A stretch of DNA of 50,822 nt from Spirogloea muscicola. Lineage: Eukaryota. Where the stretch lies: NCBI GenBank assembly GCA_009602725.1, contig WELB01000018.1, positions 13,749 through 64,570 of the forward strand. Direction: 5' to 3'. The position numbers and the translations under genes are program-made. Under the pieces are notes generated by a model, which ran no database searches, had not been told where the DNA came from, and worked only from the letters and a program-made list of their open reading frames with translations. Positions 12,517 through 25,712 of the stretch are shown piece after piece; the stretch's first letter is position 1; each line of letters begins with the position of its first letter.

Positions 12517-14790
12517 TTACTCATGGTTTTTTGACTGACAATGTGTCCTCATATTACTGATCATTCCGGTAAGCTCAAGTGGCCTACTCGTCACAATGCC
12601 ATCAACCCCTGCTTCTAACATGCTTCTCATTGTCTCCTGGTCATCACAAGTCCAAGCCTGAACCTCCTTCCCAGCGCTGCACAGAATCATCAAGTGCAGC
12701 CCGAATAGACCCACTCAGTTCCGCATGAGCACCTTAACCAAATATTTGAGGTGACCAACAGAAGATAAAGTTGAGGCTTGGTTCATGGGCCACATGGAGG
12801 ACATAAAAGTAGTAATTGGTAGCATGCAGAGGAGAGCAGCTTGCTATCAGCATACAGCAGTTGGCTGGTGGACGCACCTGTGCACTTCTGCCACAAGCTG
12901 AGGAGTGACGAGGCCATGGAAGACGCCCACAACCTCGGGCTCGATCATTCTCAGCAGGCTGCCCGCTTGCCCGGTGCGAGAATCCGTCATGAGAATATAC
13001 CCAGCCTGGTATGGTATGATAGGGTTCAGTGAATGATGTAAAGACAACAACCACACAGCCAAGCCTACATCAAGTACCCCAAAGGAAGCAAGACTGGCTG
13101 GCCAACACACATTGCTGACCTTGATGGCAGGTTCCAACTGCTTGAGCTCGGCTACAACGCCATCAAGCTTTGACCACACCAAGCAGTTGTGGCAGCCAGC
13201 TTGTCTGACCTAAGCAGAGTCCACATCCAGGGCCAGAGTTGGTCGTGATGGGTGTGTGCTACTGAAACAAATGCTCATGCACTGTTCTTCACCAGAAGAC
13301 ATAGCCCAGCGGCAGCCCAAGATGGCAGAATTAGCCAGCCAAGCCGAAGAATACATGCCTCACCACGTTAAGAACGTCAAACGCCAGCGAGACCTCATGA
13401 AGAGGAGGACCAGTTTTCACATCTACGATGATTGTCTTCAACTTCCCACCCAATGTCTGCAGGACAATCGCTGTTCTGGTCTAGCTCCACGCATTGCAGC
13501 TCTATTGAACAGGACTTACAGCGGATCACACAGGTGATACCCATGTACATCAAGCACATGCAGAGTCTGTCTGCCTGAAGGTGATTGGGCTGGCAAGTTC
13601 TACAGCATGCAAGACTTACAGCATGCAACACGAACTGTGTACAGTAAAGAGCTGTTGCCCCTCACTCTCAGAGCTTCCGCCAGCGTCGGAACCCGCTCGC
13701 CCAGGAGCCGTGAGTGGTGATACTGGCCTGCGTCCAGCTGCACCACCTGCCCTGCCCAAGCTTGACGAGAAATGACAAGATGGTTGTCAAGCCAGCTGCA
13801 GCAAGGGCCCGACCACAGGCCGCAAAAACAAACCTTGACGCCGATGGCCAAAAGCACAAGGTGTTAAGCTCCCCAAGTAGCAAGCTTTGAGGCTTGTGAG
13901 AGCAAAGGTCACTTCTCACCTCCGAGAGAAGTACATCACCGACCTGTACATCCGGCCGCTGCATCATGACCTGCAGATCCCTGTGTTGTTGCCAAGTATG
14001 CCACAGTCTATATTTGTGAGCGGCAATGCTCGACATTCTCGTGCCAATAAGCCCCAGTTGACGTTCGTGGGTGCATGAGCGTGCCTGACGTGAAGCGCGA
14101 CCAGCCCGCCGTCCGCAGTGCGGGACACATCGACCTCCATGCAGTCGGCGCCGGCTTCGAGAGCCAGGCGGTATGCAGCTGCCTGGGCCCAACAAACACC
14201 AATGCTGCTTGCAGATGTGAGCGCCAGGTGAGGGCGATCACAAGAGAGGAGGCGCGGGGTGCGCAGGAAATCAAAAGCGTGGCCAGATCAAGCCAATACA
14301 TTGCTCTGGCAAAAGCTAGTGCAGAAGAAGGAGCGCGAGCTCTGAGGGACTCAGAGATGGTGCAGCCATAGGCTGGAGAGCTTGGGCAGCGACCGTGTTG
14401 GGAGGCGCGCGGGAGGAGTCGCCGCCGTGCGCGCAGACGAGCGGGGCGCGCTGAGAGAGCAGCCGGCGGCAGACCTCTGCGGGAGGCAGCTGGTCACCAC
14501 GGCGCTGGGCTTGGCATCAGCAGGCGACGCAGCCTCAGGGCTTGGCATTTAGCAGTGAGCGAGAGCGAGGCCGCGAAAGGTGGCCAGCGCACCGTCGATG
14601 GCGCTGGCGGCGGCGGCGAAGGCAACGGCGGCGGCGGCGGCGGCGGCTTTGGCAGCGCGAGGCGGCGGAGGAAGAGGAGGCCGGGGAGGAGGAGGAGGAG
14701 GAAGAGGCCCGCGGAGAGGAGGAGGTAGGCGCGGAAGCTCAGGCGCGGCAGCAGCGGCGCCCGGCGCCCGCGCGCCGCGCTGCGCCGCAT
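12517..14790 (-). CDS. Glycerophosphodiester phosphodiesterase, plant GDPD4-like, with N-terminal transmembrane anchor
   Basis: Multi-exon. Motifs PLVCAHGGDSSRAPPNT, ADCMEVDVSRTADGGLVALH, RVPTLAEAL and VQAWTCDD...GVDGIVTSRP. Hydrophobic segment plus Pro linker at the N-terminus. Confidence 0.85.
14243..14325 (-). mobile_element. Type-C retrotransposon tail in a 5' intron of the GDPD gene
   Basis: GGAGGCGCGGGGTGCGCAGGAAATC...CAAGCCAATACATTGCTCTGGCAAAAGCTAGTGC. Confidence 0.7.
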
Positions 14791-14965
14791 GGCCGCGACG
14801 AGCGAGGCGTCAGGCGTTTGCAGTGCAGTGCGGGCAGGCCGCGCTGGTGGCCGCTGCTTCTGGGTTTTGTCAGATTCTCTCTCTCCGCACCGTCGACGGG
14901 AACCAGTGGCTGCAGTGGGGGGGTGTCACGTTGCGGCAGTGCCTTCGCGGTCGCCAAGCCGCGCG

Positions 14966-17900
14966 ATGGAGGCTCCGCCGCCGTTGCCACCGCCGCCGCC
15001 GCCGCCGCCACCGCNGCGGCCGTGCCCGCCGTCGGGGCCGAGGCGCCGGCGGTGGCGCGAGCACCTTCGGAGGCCGAGGGCCGCGGCGAGACGCGCGGCC
15101 ACCAGACCTTGCCGGTGAGCCACGACGGTTTCTCTGCCCTGTTCGGCAGTGGCTGGTCCAAGTGGCAATCGGCCAGGCGTGAGGGGCCTCGGCGGCACCT
15201 CAGCCTCTTGGAGAGAGTGACGGTCTCGATCGCCGCCGACAGCGGCTAAAGCCGGCGAGCACTGGAGCAAGGGTGGCTTGCTGGTTGCCGGCGCCGTCAC
15301 TGGCCTATGTTTGCAGGTCCGCATGCTCGCTGCAGCTCATCCCCGGCACTTACAGCTTATGAGACCGCTGACTTCCGATCATTGTGTCTGCAGTGGTGGA
15401 ACATGTTGCAGAAGCTGCCGCCACCAGGATGGCGTCTGCGCTCCACCTCGACGAGGCTTGGTTCAGCGCATCAGCGCCCCTAGACAGACTCCTGCACTGC
15501 TTGTTTGCGGAGCTCCAGCCATCTCAGGAGGACCATCTGCAGCGCTGCCAGGTCGTGGACCGCCTCAACAGCGTCCTGGCAGACACCAACATCTGCCCTC
15601 CAGGTGCGACAATCTCGCTAGGGAGGCCAGCCCTAGGATCACGTCCGAGCCTACAATTTCTCCACCATGTCACCACAGAATTAGCACAGGGATTAGCAGC
15701 CACTGTAGATCTGCCTCAACACCAACTTCTGTTCTATGTTGATGCCTCAGGTTCTACTGTCTTGCCTTTTGGCTCCTTTGAGTCCAATCTTTACACGCCA
15801 TGGGGGGATCTCGATGTCGCCCTGGAGCTACCCTCAGAATCTCCTCTGCACAGGGATTACGCCAACCGAAGATTGTTGGCCAGAATTGCACGCACCCTCG
15901 CACATGGCCAAACTCGTGAGCTACTGTCAGTGTGAGCAATTCATGTCTCATGCAGTTGCAGGGGTGTCTGGCCATGACAGCTGTGAAGTCGTTCACATGC
16001 TTGAATCCCTTCATCACTTACGTTGTGTTTATTGTACATGCGCACAGCAATGGCAGTGAGGATGCAAGTAGTTGCACATGCGCGCATCCCACTAATCATG
16101 TTCCACGACAAAGCCACTGGCATCGCCTGTGATCTGTCCATCAACAATGGCAAGGGTCTTCTCAAGTCCCGTGTCCTCAAGTGGGTGACTGAGCTTGATC
16201 CTAGGTGCCGACAGCTGATCTTCCTGGTAAGGCTTCCTTGCACCTCTTTACATTGTGCTCCATGCAGGCAATGCCAGGTCTAGTCTATAAAGTGCTGTAG
16301 TGGTGACTAACTCTAGAGAAGGAGGAGTGAGCTGAACGAGAAGGGTGCAAAGTTGCAGGTCAAATGGTGGGCAAAGTGCCAAGACATCAATTCTCCGAAG
16401 ATGGGGACACTAAATTCCTATGCTTTGGCCCAACTCGTGATTCTCCATTTGCAGGTGACAAGCTTATTTAGAGGCAAAACTTGTGTTTGGCTTGTTGTCA
16501 ACTAAGGCCAAGTTGATCGTGCATTGAGATAAGCAAAGGCCATGCAGGAGATTGCAGCATGAGCAGATCTTAGACCACGGACCATGCTTTGAGCTCGTCT
16601 AGAGCCCTCCTGCAGATGATTGTGCCTCCAATCCTGCCTCCGCTGAGTAGTATACTTCCCAAGGATTCGTCAGACGTATCTGTAGGTGCTTGCCTCCTCT
16701 TGGCTCAGCAAAGCACCAACGTGCAGTGAAGTTTGTACTTGGCCAGCTTCTGCATGTCACAGGATGCAGTCCTTGATGTGCTGTTTCCTTCTGCGGATAG
16801 TGTACTTACGGAATGTCCTGTAATTATCCAAGCAACCCCATTGAGACGGGCAGACACTTTGTTGTATGGCTTCGGTTGTTAAGTTAACCGCCTGCTCGAA
16901 TTACGTCACCAGGGCTTATGATGCATTGTTGCTTTGCTGTGTTTGAGCAGAAAAGGGTGTCCCTTTGAACATCGAGCACTTCTTCGGTCATTGCAAGCAA
17001 GCTTTGTCTGAGTGGAAGCTTCATAGTGGTGCTGCTTCAAATGAAACCAGCCTTGCAACACTCTTTGCTACATTCTTCCTCAGGGTATGCTGCCATGCAG
17101 ACTGCTGTAGCTGCAGGTGATCTGTACGGTTGTAAGCGTCGAGGTAAAAAGTCTTTTGTGATTGAGGGGTTGAGAAAGAGTACGCTGAGGCCTATGAAGG
17201 ACATGCAAGCACAAGTGTCTCTGATGTCTCGCAGTCTGCCAGAAGTACATGTGGCATTGGATCAATTAGCTGGGGCTGCATAGACGGCCTTGACTCGTTT
17301 ATATACACTTGCTAGCAACTTCCTCTAAGCCCATGCACGCACAGCGTAATCAAGTCATGTGACCATCTCATTCCAACTTGAACTTGATTTGATTCACTGC
17401 TGTGCAGTTTGGAGCAGTGAATGACTTGTGGCAGCAAGGTCTTGCAGTGTGCACTTACAGTGGCACATGGAGAGACCCACAAGATTTGCCACAGTCTTGG
17501 TCATCAAAATACTACAGCATGGCAGTGAGAAGCGTACCCTCCTCTACTCATCCACTTCATTATGTAGCTAACCTGTGGCAATGCTTTAGGCCATCACAAT
17601 CATAGTACGTGAGACTGTATTGACTAAGGGGTTGCCGATTCCGGGCTACTCATCTGAAGCGTACAACTTGAAGAATGCTCAGTCAGAAGATGCTGACAGT
17701 CTTCCTTCCTTACATTTGAAGTTGTCCTTGCAACAAAATACTCCCTGAGTAATGTCAAGTGCTGTCTATCCAAAGGTGGTGGATCCCTTCGATTTGGTGG
17801 AGAATTGTGCGCGCTCAGTGCAAGCCAACCATTTTCCACGCGTCATACATGCCTTTTCGTCAGCTGCTACAGCACTTGGCAGACCTCCTCCTTTGGAAGG

Positions 17901-19278
17901 CCACCGCCTGCAAGAACTGCAAAAGTTTTTGTTCAAGTGGCCTACTCGACCAGTGCGGGAGTTAACCAGATTGAGGCATGAACCTGCTGGTTGTGTTTCT
18001 CATGGCACAGACAATCCCAGGCACACATTAGCAGCCCCGTACAGCAGGCACTCACAGGACGCTGGTGAGACTGCAGATGTGCCCCATCGCCGGAGCCTTG
18101 AGCAGCTGCTACCCGCTGGTGCCAGTACATCAAGTGTTGGCATTGTGTGGAGTGGTCAAAGGCAGGTAGTTGGGCCGAGGGCAACTCAAGTAGTTCCTTT
18201 GAAACCTCAGGCCACAGTAGGCGGCATCCAGGGCCCCTCAGCTTCAGGCCGTGAAGGCTCTTGGTGGCGGCAGCCTCACAACAATGGCGGAACAAGTTTG
18301 GACCAAAGGCAACAGCATCAATGGCGAGGCGTTGACGAGATTCGCACTCCCCCTGTACAAGATGGCCCATGGTCCAGACACGAGCACTCTATTCCAGCTG
18401 CAACTTCACAGGTGGGGCATGACCATGTGTCTGCCTCCATGCTGAACATAACCAGGCCTATGCAGGCATTGCCACATTCACCTTCTGCACATCCAGACTC
18501 CCAGCTGCCACCGGCGCTGCCAAAGGGCCATCTACCAGCTCGTGTAGTTGAGCTGTCGACAGCAAGGCCAGGCGAGCACAAGGTGGCACAGCCACTTCAA
18601 GCAGGTTCCTATCCAGCAGATGTTGCAAGTTTGACTAGCGGTATCAACCTGCTGGCTCTGCTCCTGCCCAAAGAGGCCCAGCGCCTACAGGGTGCTCGCG
18701 AGCTAAGTCCTCAAGCGACCATCCAGAACGAGCTAAATGCTGACAGTATGAAAGAGGATGGAGATCACAATCAAAAAGGGGTTTTGCCAGCACGTAAAGG
18801 GTCAGGGCCGACTCGAGGACAAATGCGTGGGCAGGGTCGGTACCACAGGCCAAGAAGAGGGTCAGAAGTAGGTTTGGACACTGGACTTAGTGCCACAGGT
18901 GCTTCTGCTTCAGGAGCAAGTACATATCCCGAGGCATCCCCTCAACCTTTCAATGCAGATGAGCAGAGACAGAGAGTTGCAGGAGATGGTGAAGCGTGCA
19001 GCCAAGAAGGGCAATCTGCAGAGCGCAAGGGGTTGGAGCAGCCTGTAGAAAAGCGACGTGGGCAAGGCCGGGCACGGTATAGCAGGTCAAAGGGAGAGGT
19101 GAAAGCTGGGGCTAATGTTGGTTCTAAAGAGACAGGCAGTCGTGACTCAGGGCCAAGCGACCAGGCTGTTGGCCCGTCCTCAGGTGGCAGAGGTGGCAGA
19201 AGACGGGTGGTCATCAATGCCGTGGGCATGCCCCCCCCAACAGCCAACAGTATGCAGACTGAGTGGGCCGGTACTTGA
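14966..19278 (+). CDS. HESO1: HESO1-like terminal uridylyltransferase (non-canonical PAP/TUTase)
   Basis: GSTVLPFGSFESNLYTPWGDLDVAL, ARIPLI..CDLSINN..GLLKSRVL..LDPRCRQLIFLVKWWAK..INSPK.GTLNSY..ILPPL and VVDPFDLVENCARSV, plus a long disordered last exon. The start codon is uncertain because of the N at 15015. Confidence 0.85.
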
Positions 19279-19989
19279 GGACCGATGCTTCTATGCACAT
19301 AAGCAGAGTGTTGTCCATCGTGGAGGACAGTAAGGTGGACATGCACCTCGGCTGGACTTGGCTGGGATAGCTGGAGGGAACTTCAATGCGGCGCAGTGTT
19401 GAGGTGCTGGCAACATGTGGGTCGTCCTTTTCAAGGTAACAGTTAGTTAAGAGAATGTTGCACATTCTGCAGGTTGTCTGATAACAACCACTGTGTGCTT
19501 TGTTGCATTCAAGTGATCAGAGCTCTGACTAGCATGGACTGATGGCGCCAAGAATTCTGAACATACTGCAGCTACTTCACCGGCGAGCAACCACTTCCAA
19601 CTTCCATTGATGAGGCGTGAAAGCTGGTATGAAAGTGATGAGCTGCTCTGCAGCAGTAAGGAGTAGGGCAGCCGCAACAACTCGGCAACAACTTTGAGGC
19701 TGGTTGCAGAGTGCCGCTGCCCAGGAGGAAACGTAAAAGATGGAGTCTAGAGAGTGATAGCCACGAGAATGTAGTAAACATGCCGAGCCAATTTTTGTCT
19801 CCTCTTGCTCGCCTCATGCCATGCATGGAGCTGCCAGCATCTGCACGTATTACAAGGCCACGAGGGCAAAGCAAGCCTAAGTTGACGAGTCACTATGAGT
19901 TAGTGTTGCCAGCCAACAAGCCCTTGCTGTGTCGCGGTGCATGATCTGCGCATGCAGGCGTGGGGCTTATATTCCATTGGGGTGGGTGA

Positions 19990-20688
19990 AGCAGCTAATA
20001 CAGGGTAGCTGTAAGAGCCAGCTGATTTGTGGAGAACAGATGTCACGGCAGACTGGCAGCTCAGGGCCCATCCAGTAGCCTCGTGTCAGCAATATGATGT
20101 CGGATGAGCCCAGGGATAGGAAGGGGAGCCTGGCTACGGAGTCCTGCTGCGAAAGCCTAGAGGTGCTGCCAAGGGCATGGAGGGCAGGAGCAAAGTGTGC
20201 TGAGTGAAGCAAAATGCGTGCAATATGTATGAATGAGATGGAAACTAGATCAAGCCAACACACTGTTCAAGCAAAAGCTAGTGTAATTATGGGGCTACAC
20301 AGCATCAAGCCTTGTGCAAAGGAAGGCTGTGGTGACAGTACGAAAAGCCTGCGGAAGGGAGACTTCAGTACCCATGAGTGATCACTTGCGGATGTGACAA
20401 GCTGACATGGGGAGTTGAATGGGGTTTGCAGGGCCAGAAGGAGTTACTAGCCGCCGGTGAGTGGGGGAGCAGCTATGGAGACAGGAAACAGAGGAGCCCT
20501 ACTTCACTAGAGCCATTTCTTTCCTTGATTGCGGGGGGGTAAGTACAGCCCAGCAAGACGGCTGGCTGGCTGTGGAAATGAGACGGTATTGACCTGAGTC
20601 CCTCTCAATTTCTCTTGGTTCTTCTTGGAAACAGTGTACTGGCTTGCATTGGCCTCCCTCTCATTCACACCGCGCGCCTTCTGTCTTC
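19990..20688. mobile_element. Retrotransposon fragments upstream of MMADHC (two minus-strand, one plus-strand)
   Basis: Minus-strand ORF end SDIILLTRGY near 20075, type-C tail with ORF end at 20215-20415, and plus-strand type-C tail at 20625-20688. Confidence 0.65.
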
Positions 20689-20851
20689 CACTGTCACTCT
20701 CTTTACACTTACCTTAGCCACCTTAGCGTCGCCGCGGCGCTTCCGGCGTCCACCCAGCCCTGCCGGAGGCCCCAGGAGCTCCCCCGCGGCGTCGCAGCCG
20801 TCGCGTCGCACCCGCGCTGCCTCCGCCGAAAGCGTTCTGGAGGCCGCGGCG

Positions 20852-22087
20852 ATGGGCGCCGCCGTTCCGGAGCCGCCGCCGCCGCGGCGGGGCCGGCACG
20901 CGCTCGTTGACGTCCGCACGACGCGCTCGGGCATGGAGTATTCCGTGCACAGTAATGCATCCGCTGCCACGACCCCGCCGCCGCCGCCAGCCCGCCTCAG
21001 CTGGGCGCTGCCTTCGGAGCCCCCAGGGTAGCCCTGGGTGCGCCTTCTCCCAGGCGCAGTCGCCGATTGCCAGCGTTCTGAACCCTTAGCGGAGCTCGTC
21101 GATCATCGCATGCATAGAGAAGAGGACCTCGCTAGCAACACCGCGCCGCCACTGGGACGAGCTCGCGTCAGCGAGGCCACTGGGCCAGCTGCTGAAGGAC
21201 GTCTTGACTGGCGACATGAATCTGGGCGCCTGCAATATGGTGTGCAGGCTGCCCCGAGCATTACAAGCGCGAGCTGGCGGCCATGTTCCCGGGCCAGGAC
21301 CTCGGCGACGTCGTGATCGTGCCGACTTGCCAGAGGGCCGCCATGGAGCTGGTCAGATTTGGCGACGAGGTAGAGGCCGAGAAGGACCGCCTGCTTGAGG
21401 TGGTGAGCCAGCCCGCCACGCTCCTCCACTGTCGCGTCGCCCTGCGCAGGCGTCACTCTTTGAGCTGATATTTGCATCGAGCGACATCACAGCTTCTAAG
21501 GAGACCCCAGAAGTCGGCGTACAGCTAAGCTGTTCTCCTGTCGAGGCTCTTCACGAGTGGTCTCCCTGTGCTTGCAATGCAGTTCATGGCCTGGGCGCAG
21601 GCTGTCCACAAGGAGGCCTCCTCGCTCGGCTACTTTTGTGACTACATCGACCCCTGCTCCGGTCTCCCTGTGAGCGGCCACTTTTTGGGCCTAGCAGGCT
21701 TGCAGTGCTGAGCAGACCCTGCTGCTAGCAACGTCTGAGTGATCTACAGCTCGCGCTAGACCTCTGGCCCCCGCTGTCAAGTCTGGCTTCCTTTTCATTG
21801 ATTCGTGCACAGCTGATCGTGCCAAGGGATCTCTGTTACCGCATAGTACTGATACTGATCTGCTCCCCTCTGTCAACATTTCTGTACAGATGGTACACAG
21901 GGGCACCAGTACTGTGTATAGTGAAGTCGACGCCCTCCAATTCTTCCTTGGCTACTCCTGCCAGAATGCCGGTTGCTGCAAAGTTGTCCTCCACCCTAAG
22001 TGGGGCTCTGCTGTATACCCGGCGACTCTTCTTACAAATGCTCCACCTGCTCTCTTGTTGAACCTCATTGCAAAAGTAGACCAATAG
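20852..22087 (+). CDS. MMADHC: Cobalamin trafficking protein CblD / MMADHC-like
   Basis: Four exons: MEYSVHSCP..; ELAAMFP..PTCQRA..EKDRLLE; F..GYFCDYIDPCSGLP; LGY..GCCKVVLHPKWGSAVYPATLLTNAP. Confidence 0.85.
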
Positions 22088-22508
22088 CCCAAGTACACGT
22101 CATTAGTCTCTTGATTCTTTCGTAAACTCTGGTAATGTCCTGGCCTGCCGAAAGCAGCCTCGATGTTGCTGATCACCTCTGCTTATAGAAGCCTTGTGTG
22201 CATGTCAGAACTTGGCCCTTGCTTATCTGTGCACGAGGCTGCGGATCAGCAGAGGCTGGTCTTGCAGATTCTCATGCACAAATATTGCTCGGTGATGAAT
22301 GATGCAATTTCGTAGGCAATTATCTGCATAAGCGGTACATCCAGAAGCACGAAGCAATCTGTTCACAGAGCCCTGCATGGCGGGCACCTGTGGCACAACT
22401 GATTCCATCTGTGTCCACTCTCACTGAATGGTCCAGAGTCTATTGAAGAATTGTTCCCATGCTCTTTGCCATGACCACTTCATTGTCTATCTCTCTCATA
22501 ATTGCTTT

Positions 22509-24772
22509 TCATAGACGTGGGAAGCTCTCTCCAAGGTAATGCATCCTCACAAATGGGTCGCCATAGAGAGCGTCTGGTGTTCCTGCCGCCATGACTTTAC
22601 CTTGGTATATCATGTATGCTCTGTCACAGATCCTCAGTGTCTCATTCACCTGAAAGATCACATCAATGGTGATCAGAAACTCTGAAGGTGAAGAGCTGCA
22701 CATCAGGTCAGCCATTGGCTCAGTCTCCGCAGTGGTCTGGCATTGTTTTACATTGTGGTCAATGATGAGGATGCCAATGTTAATCTCATCCCGGAGGTTT
22801 CTAAGAAGCCCTTGAATCTCTGAGACTCCTATGGGATCCACCTGAATGAACATTGGAAAAGTGAAACTCAGGCGACTCCTTGGCAATGTTTACTTGCAGA
22901 TGATAGCTTGGAGCTTTTAAGTCAAGGCTTGTTCCCAATGACTAACATATGATTAAGTAATATTAACTCACAGTACCATTAGCTGAGTCTGGCGGAGCTT
23001 TCTTACAGCAACTCTCCGAGAAGAGAAAGAGGAGCAGGAGCCTCTTGACAGATGCTACCATCATGCGTGTAAGCCATACGAACAAGAAGAGACCAACTTA
23101 CCCCAGCAAAGGGCTCGTCAACTAGCAGGATCCGTGGAGGCTTCCCGCTGCAATTCACAGCTAGGGCCCTTGCGAGCTCCTGCAAAAGCAGGCATAGAGC
23201 AATCATATGGAGCATGTCATGCGGATGACCACAAGTGAAGTATCAAGATGGGTACTAAAGAGCACCTGCAGTCGGGCTAGAAGTAAGGGTGCCTGACACT
23301 TGCGGAGATCAGGTTGCAACTCACAGTACGCCTGCGCTCGCCACCGGAGAGCTCCCTTCCCAATGTGTCCTTGACATGCTCCAGCCGGAATGCTTGCAGC
23401 AGTTCCTGTTCAGCAGCAAGATAGGAGCTACTTTATCATGACAGGAATCATAGATAGCCCATACAATTGCCTCACAGTCTCCATCTTCCATGGAGATGAT
23501 TACCCTCTTCTGAGCAAGGATGATATCTGTTTTTTCCTGCAGAGTGACGCTGTTACTATTACGATTGCTTGCTGAGCTCAATCTGCAAGGAGGTAATATT
23601 GCAGTGTCGTAGGTGTAGACACTATAAATCTACATCCGCCTCTATCATCGCAAGCAAGCAAGTGACCAAGTATAACCTGCAGCCTAGAAGCGCAAGCATC
23701 TCTAGATAGGCCACTCTCTTGCAGCACAAGGAGGATGTTGTCATGGACACTGAGTCCCTTGAAAATACTTGGCTCCTGCAGTTGTCATCTGACAACCAGC
23801 CATGAGTTTCGCACAAGATGGGCACAAGTCAATAGACAACTTGTGGATGATACTTTTCAGAGCCTTACTCGCTTAAGACATGTGCATAAGTGAGCCACAT
23901 TCCTGCATTTAGCAATCAGCATGCCTGACCACTGTCCTGACTAAAACGAGATCTCCCCGTGCAGCTACAAAGCTGTGCTTGTGCAGGGGGGTGACTGACA
24001 AGCTCAGCTCAGGCAGACGAAGGACCTGAGTCAGGTACCCGATTCCGAGTCGAGCACGGCTCTCGAGGGGCAGCTGGGTGATGTCTTCCGCGCCCAGTCG
24101 GACGCCTCCATCAGTCGGAACTTCCTGGCCCACCATCATGGCGAACACCGTGCTCTTGCCCGCGCCATTGGGGCCCAGCAGACCTACCTGCAGCGCAACC
24201 CAGTAGCAAGCAAGCCCCTGGCAGCCAGTCAGCATCTAACTGGTGCCAGAATGGTGGACGTCAGGGCGTCAAGAAGAGCGCCAGAGACTAGAGCTCACCA
24301 CTTCGCCCTGGCGTACGGTGATGCTTACGTTGTCCACCACGGTCCGCTTCCCAAAGGCCTTCCGGACTTGCTCGAGCTGGAGGCAGAGGCCCTCCTCTGG
24401 CTGCAGAAACGCAGAGGAGTAATCAAAGCGTCAGCATTGCTGCGTCACTTTCACTGCCCATTTACTGCAGAAGCAGGCCATGGCGGCACTGCCACTAAGG
24501 GCCTCAAGAGAAAGGCTGATGGCTGGTGCTGATTCTCGGAGTTGCAACACCGGGCAACTCGCCGGTGTCTCTGGTGAGTGCTGGGCCGCAGTCGCACGGA
24601 ACTTCCGACGCTGCCAAGGTCTTCCGCCGCCAGCTGCCGGTAGCGCGTGTTGGCCAAGCAGCCCGCGACCGCCGCACAGACGTTCACTGGGTTGGCTGAT
24701 GCACGGGGCAAGCCCGCTTGCCCGCCCTCTGACACTGAGCGCTGGCCAGCCACACGCCACGCCAGCGTGCAT
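22509..24772 (-). CDS. LptB/YhbG-like ABC transporter ATP-binding protein with probable organellar transit peptide (start uncertain)
   Basis: Exons encode [104 protein letters not shown] and [10 protein letters not shown], all LptB signature segments. Confidence 0.85.
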
Positions 24773-25015
24773 GCCGCTTTCGCCCACAAGAGCTCCGCGA
24801 GGCCAGCTGCAGCTGCCACTCTTTGCTTCTGATTGCCGACGTCTGTGTCGACTGCCGCAGCAGAGACTGCAGCAGCTCCGCTGAAGAGCCCACTGAACTC
24901 ATCTTGCAGCACTACTGACCAGCCTCCGGTCGCCAAGATGCCGGCCCCGCGCGACGAGCCTGCAGCCAGTGGGCTGCAGTGCCATCGGAGGGCAATGAAT
25001 GCGGCTGCTGATATT

Positions 25016-25052
25016 AAGAAGAAGGCGCGCGGTGCGCATGAAATTGAAAGAG
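25016..25052 (-). mobile_element. Very short type-C retrotransposon 3' end upstream of the LptB-like gene
   Basis: AAGAAGAAGGCGCGCGGTGCGCATGAAATTGAAAG. Confidence 0.65.
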
Positions 25053-25712
25053 CGGCTAAGGAGAGGAGTGCAGGCTGAGTGGCGGTCCACAGGAGGGCCA
25101 GCTAGTGATTGTAACGTGAAGAGCTCCTGAAGTTCTTGCCCCTTGCAGTATGCTGCCGCCAGCAGCCAGTGGGGCATGCCATCAGTAGAAGGCCTGACGG
25201 TCTGAAGGAGTAGGGCAAGCGCGAATGCAGGTTATGTGGCAGGTGAAGCAGCTTTGCAGAAACGGCGTTGACTCGCTACGGAAACAAATAAGTTTGCAGA
25301 GGAGGCACAAGAGCTCAAGCAAGTCCTGCTTGACAAGCCTCGAGCACAGGGTGGAGTCGAGGACTGGCAATATTTGCATGCAGTGGAGCTGCCTGTTGAT
25401 GCCCTCCATTGAGCTCATACAAGACAACCAAAGTGTAGTCTCAAGCCCTTAGCCGAATGATCTATACATCCAGTAGTAGAGGCTAGTTCACCACGCACGA
25501 CGTGGAAGACGGTAATTGTTATGCATTGATCTCGTATTACGTGTTGGTTCAGACTAGGTCTTGGGAGTGATTCAGGTCTTCGACCTGACATACGACAAAA
25601 TCTAAGAGCGCATACGGCTTATACATGCTGCAAAGGTAGCATAATGGTTGTCGAGATCTAGGACAGTGCTTATGTGTAAAAAGTAAACAACTAGTGAGCC
25701 AAAGAAAAAATG

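Noticed and set aside
3909..25014. Identical 16-mer ATATCAGCAGCCGCAT upstream of USP paralog 1 (3909-3924) and the LptB-like gene (24999-25014, minus strand)
   Set aside because: About one such match is expected by chance in 50 kb on both strands, and it was not seen at other genes.
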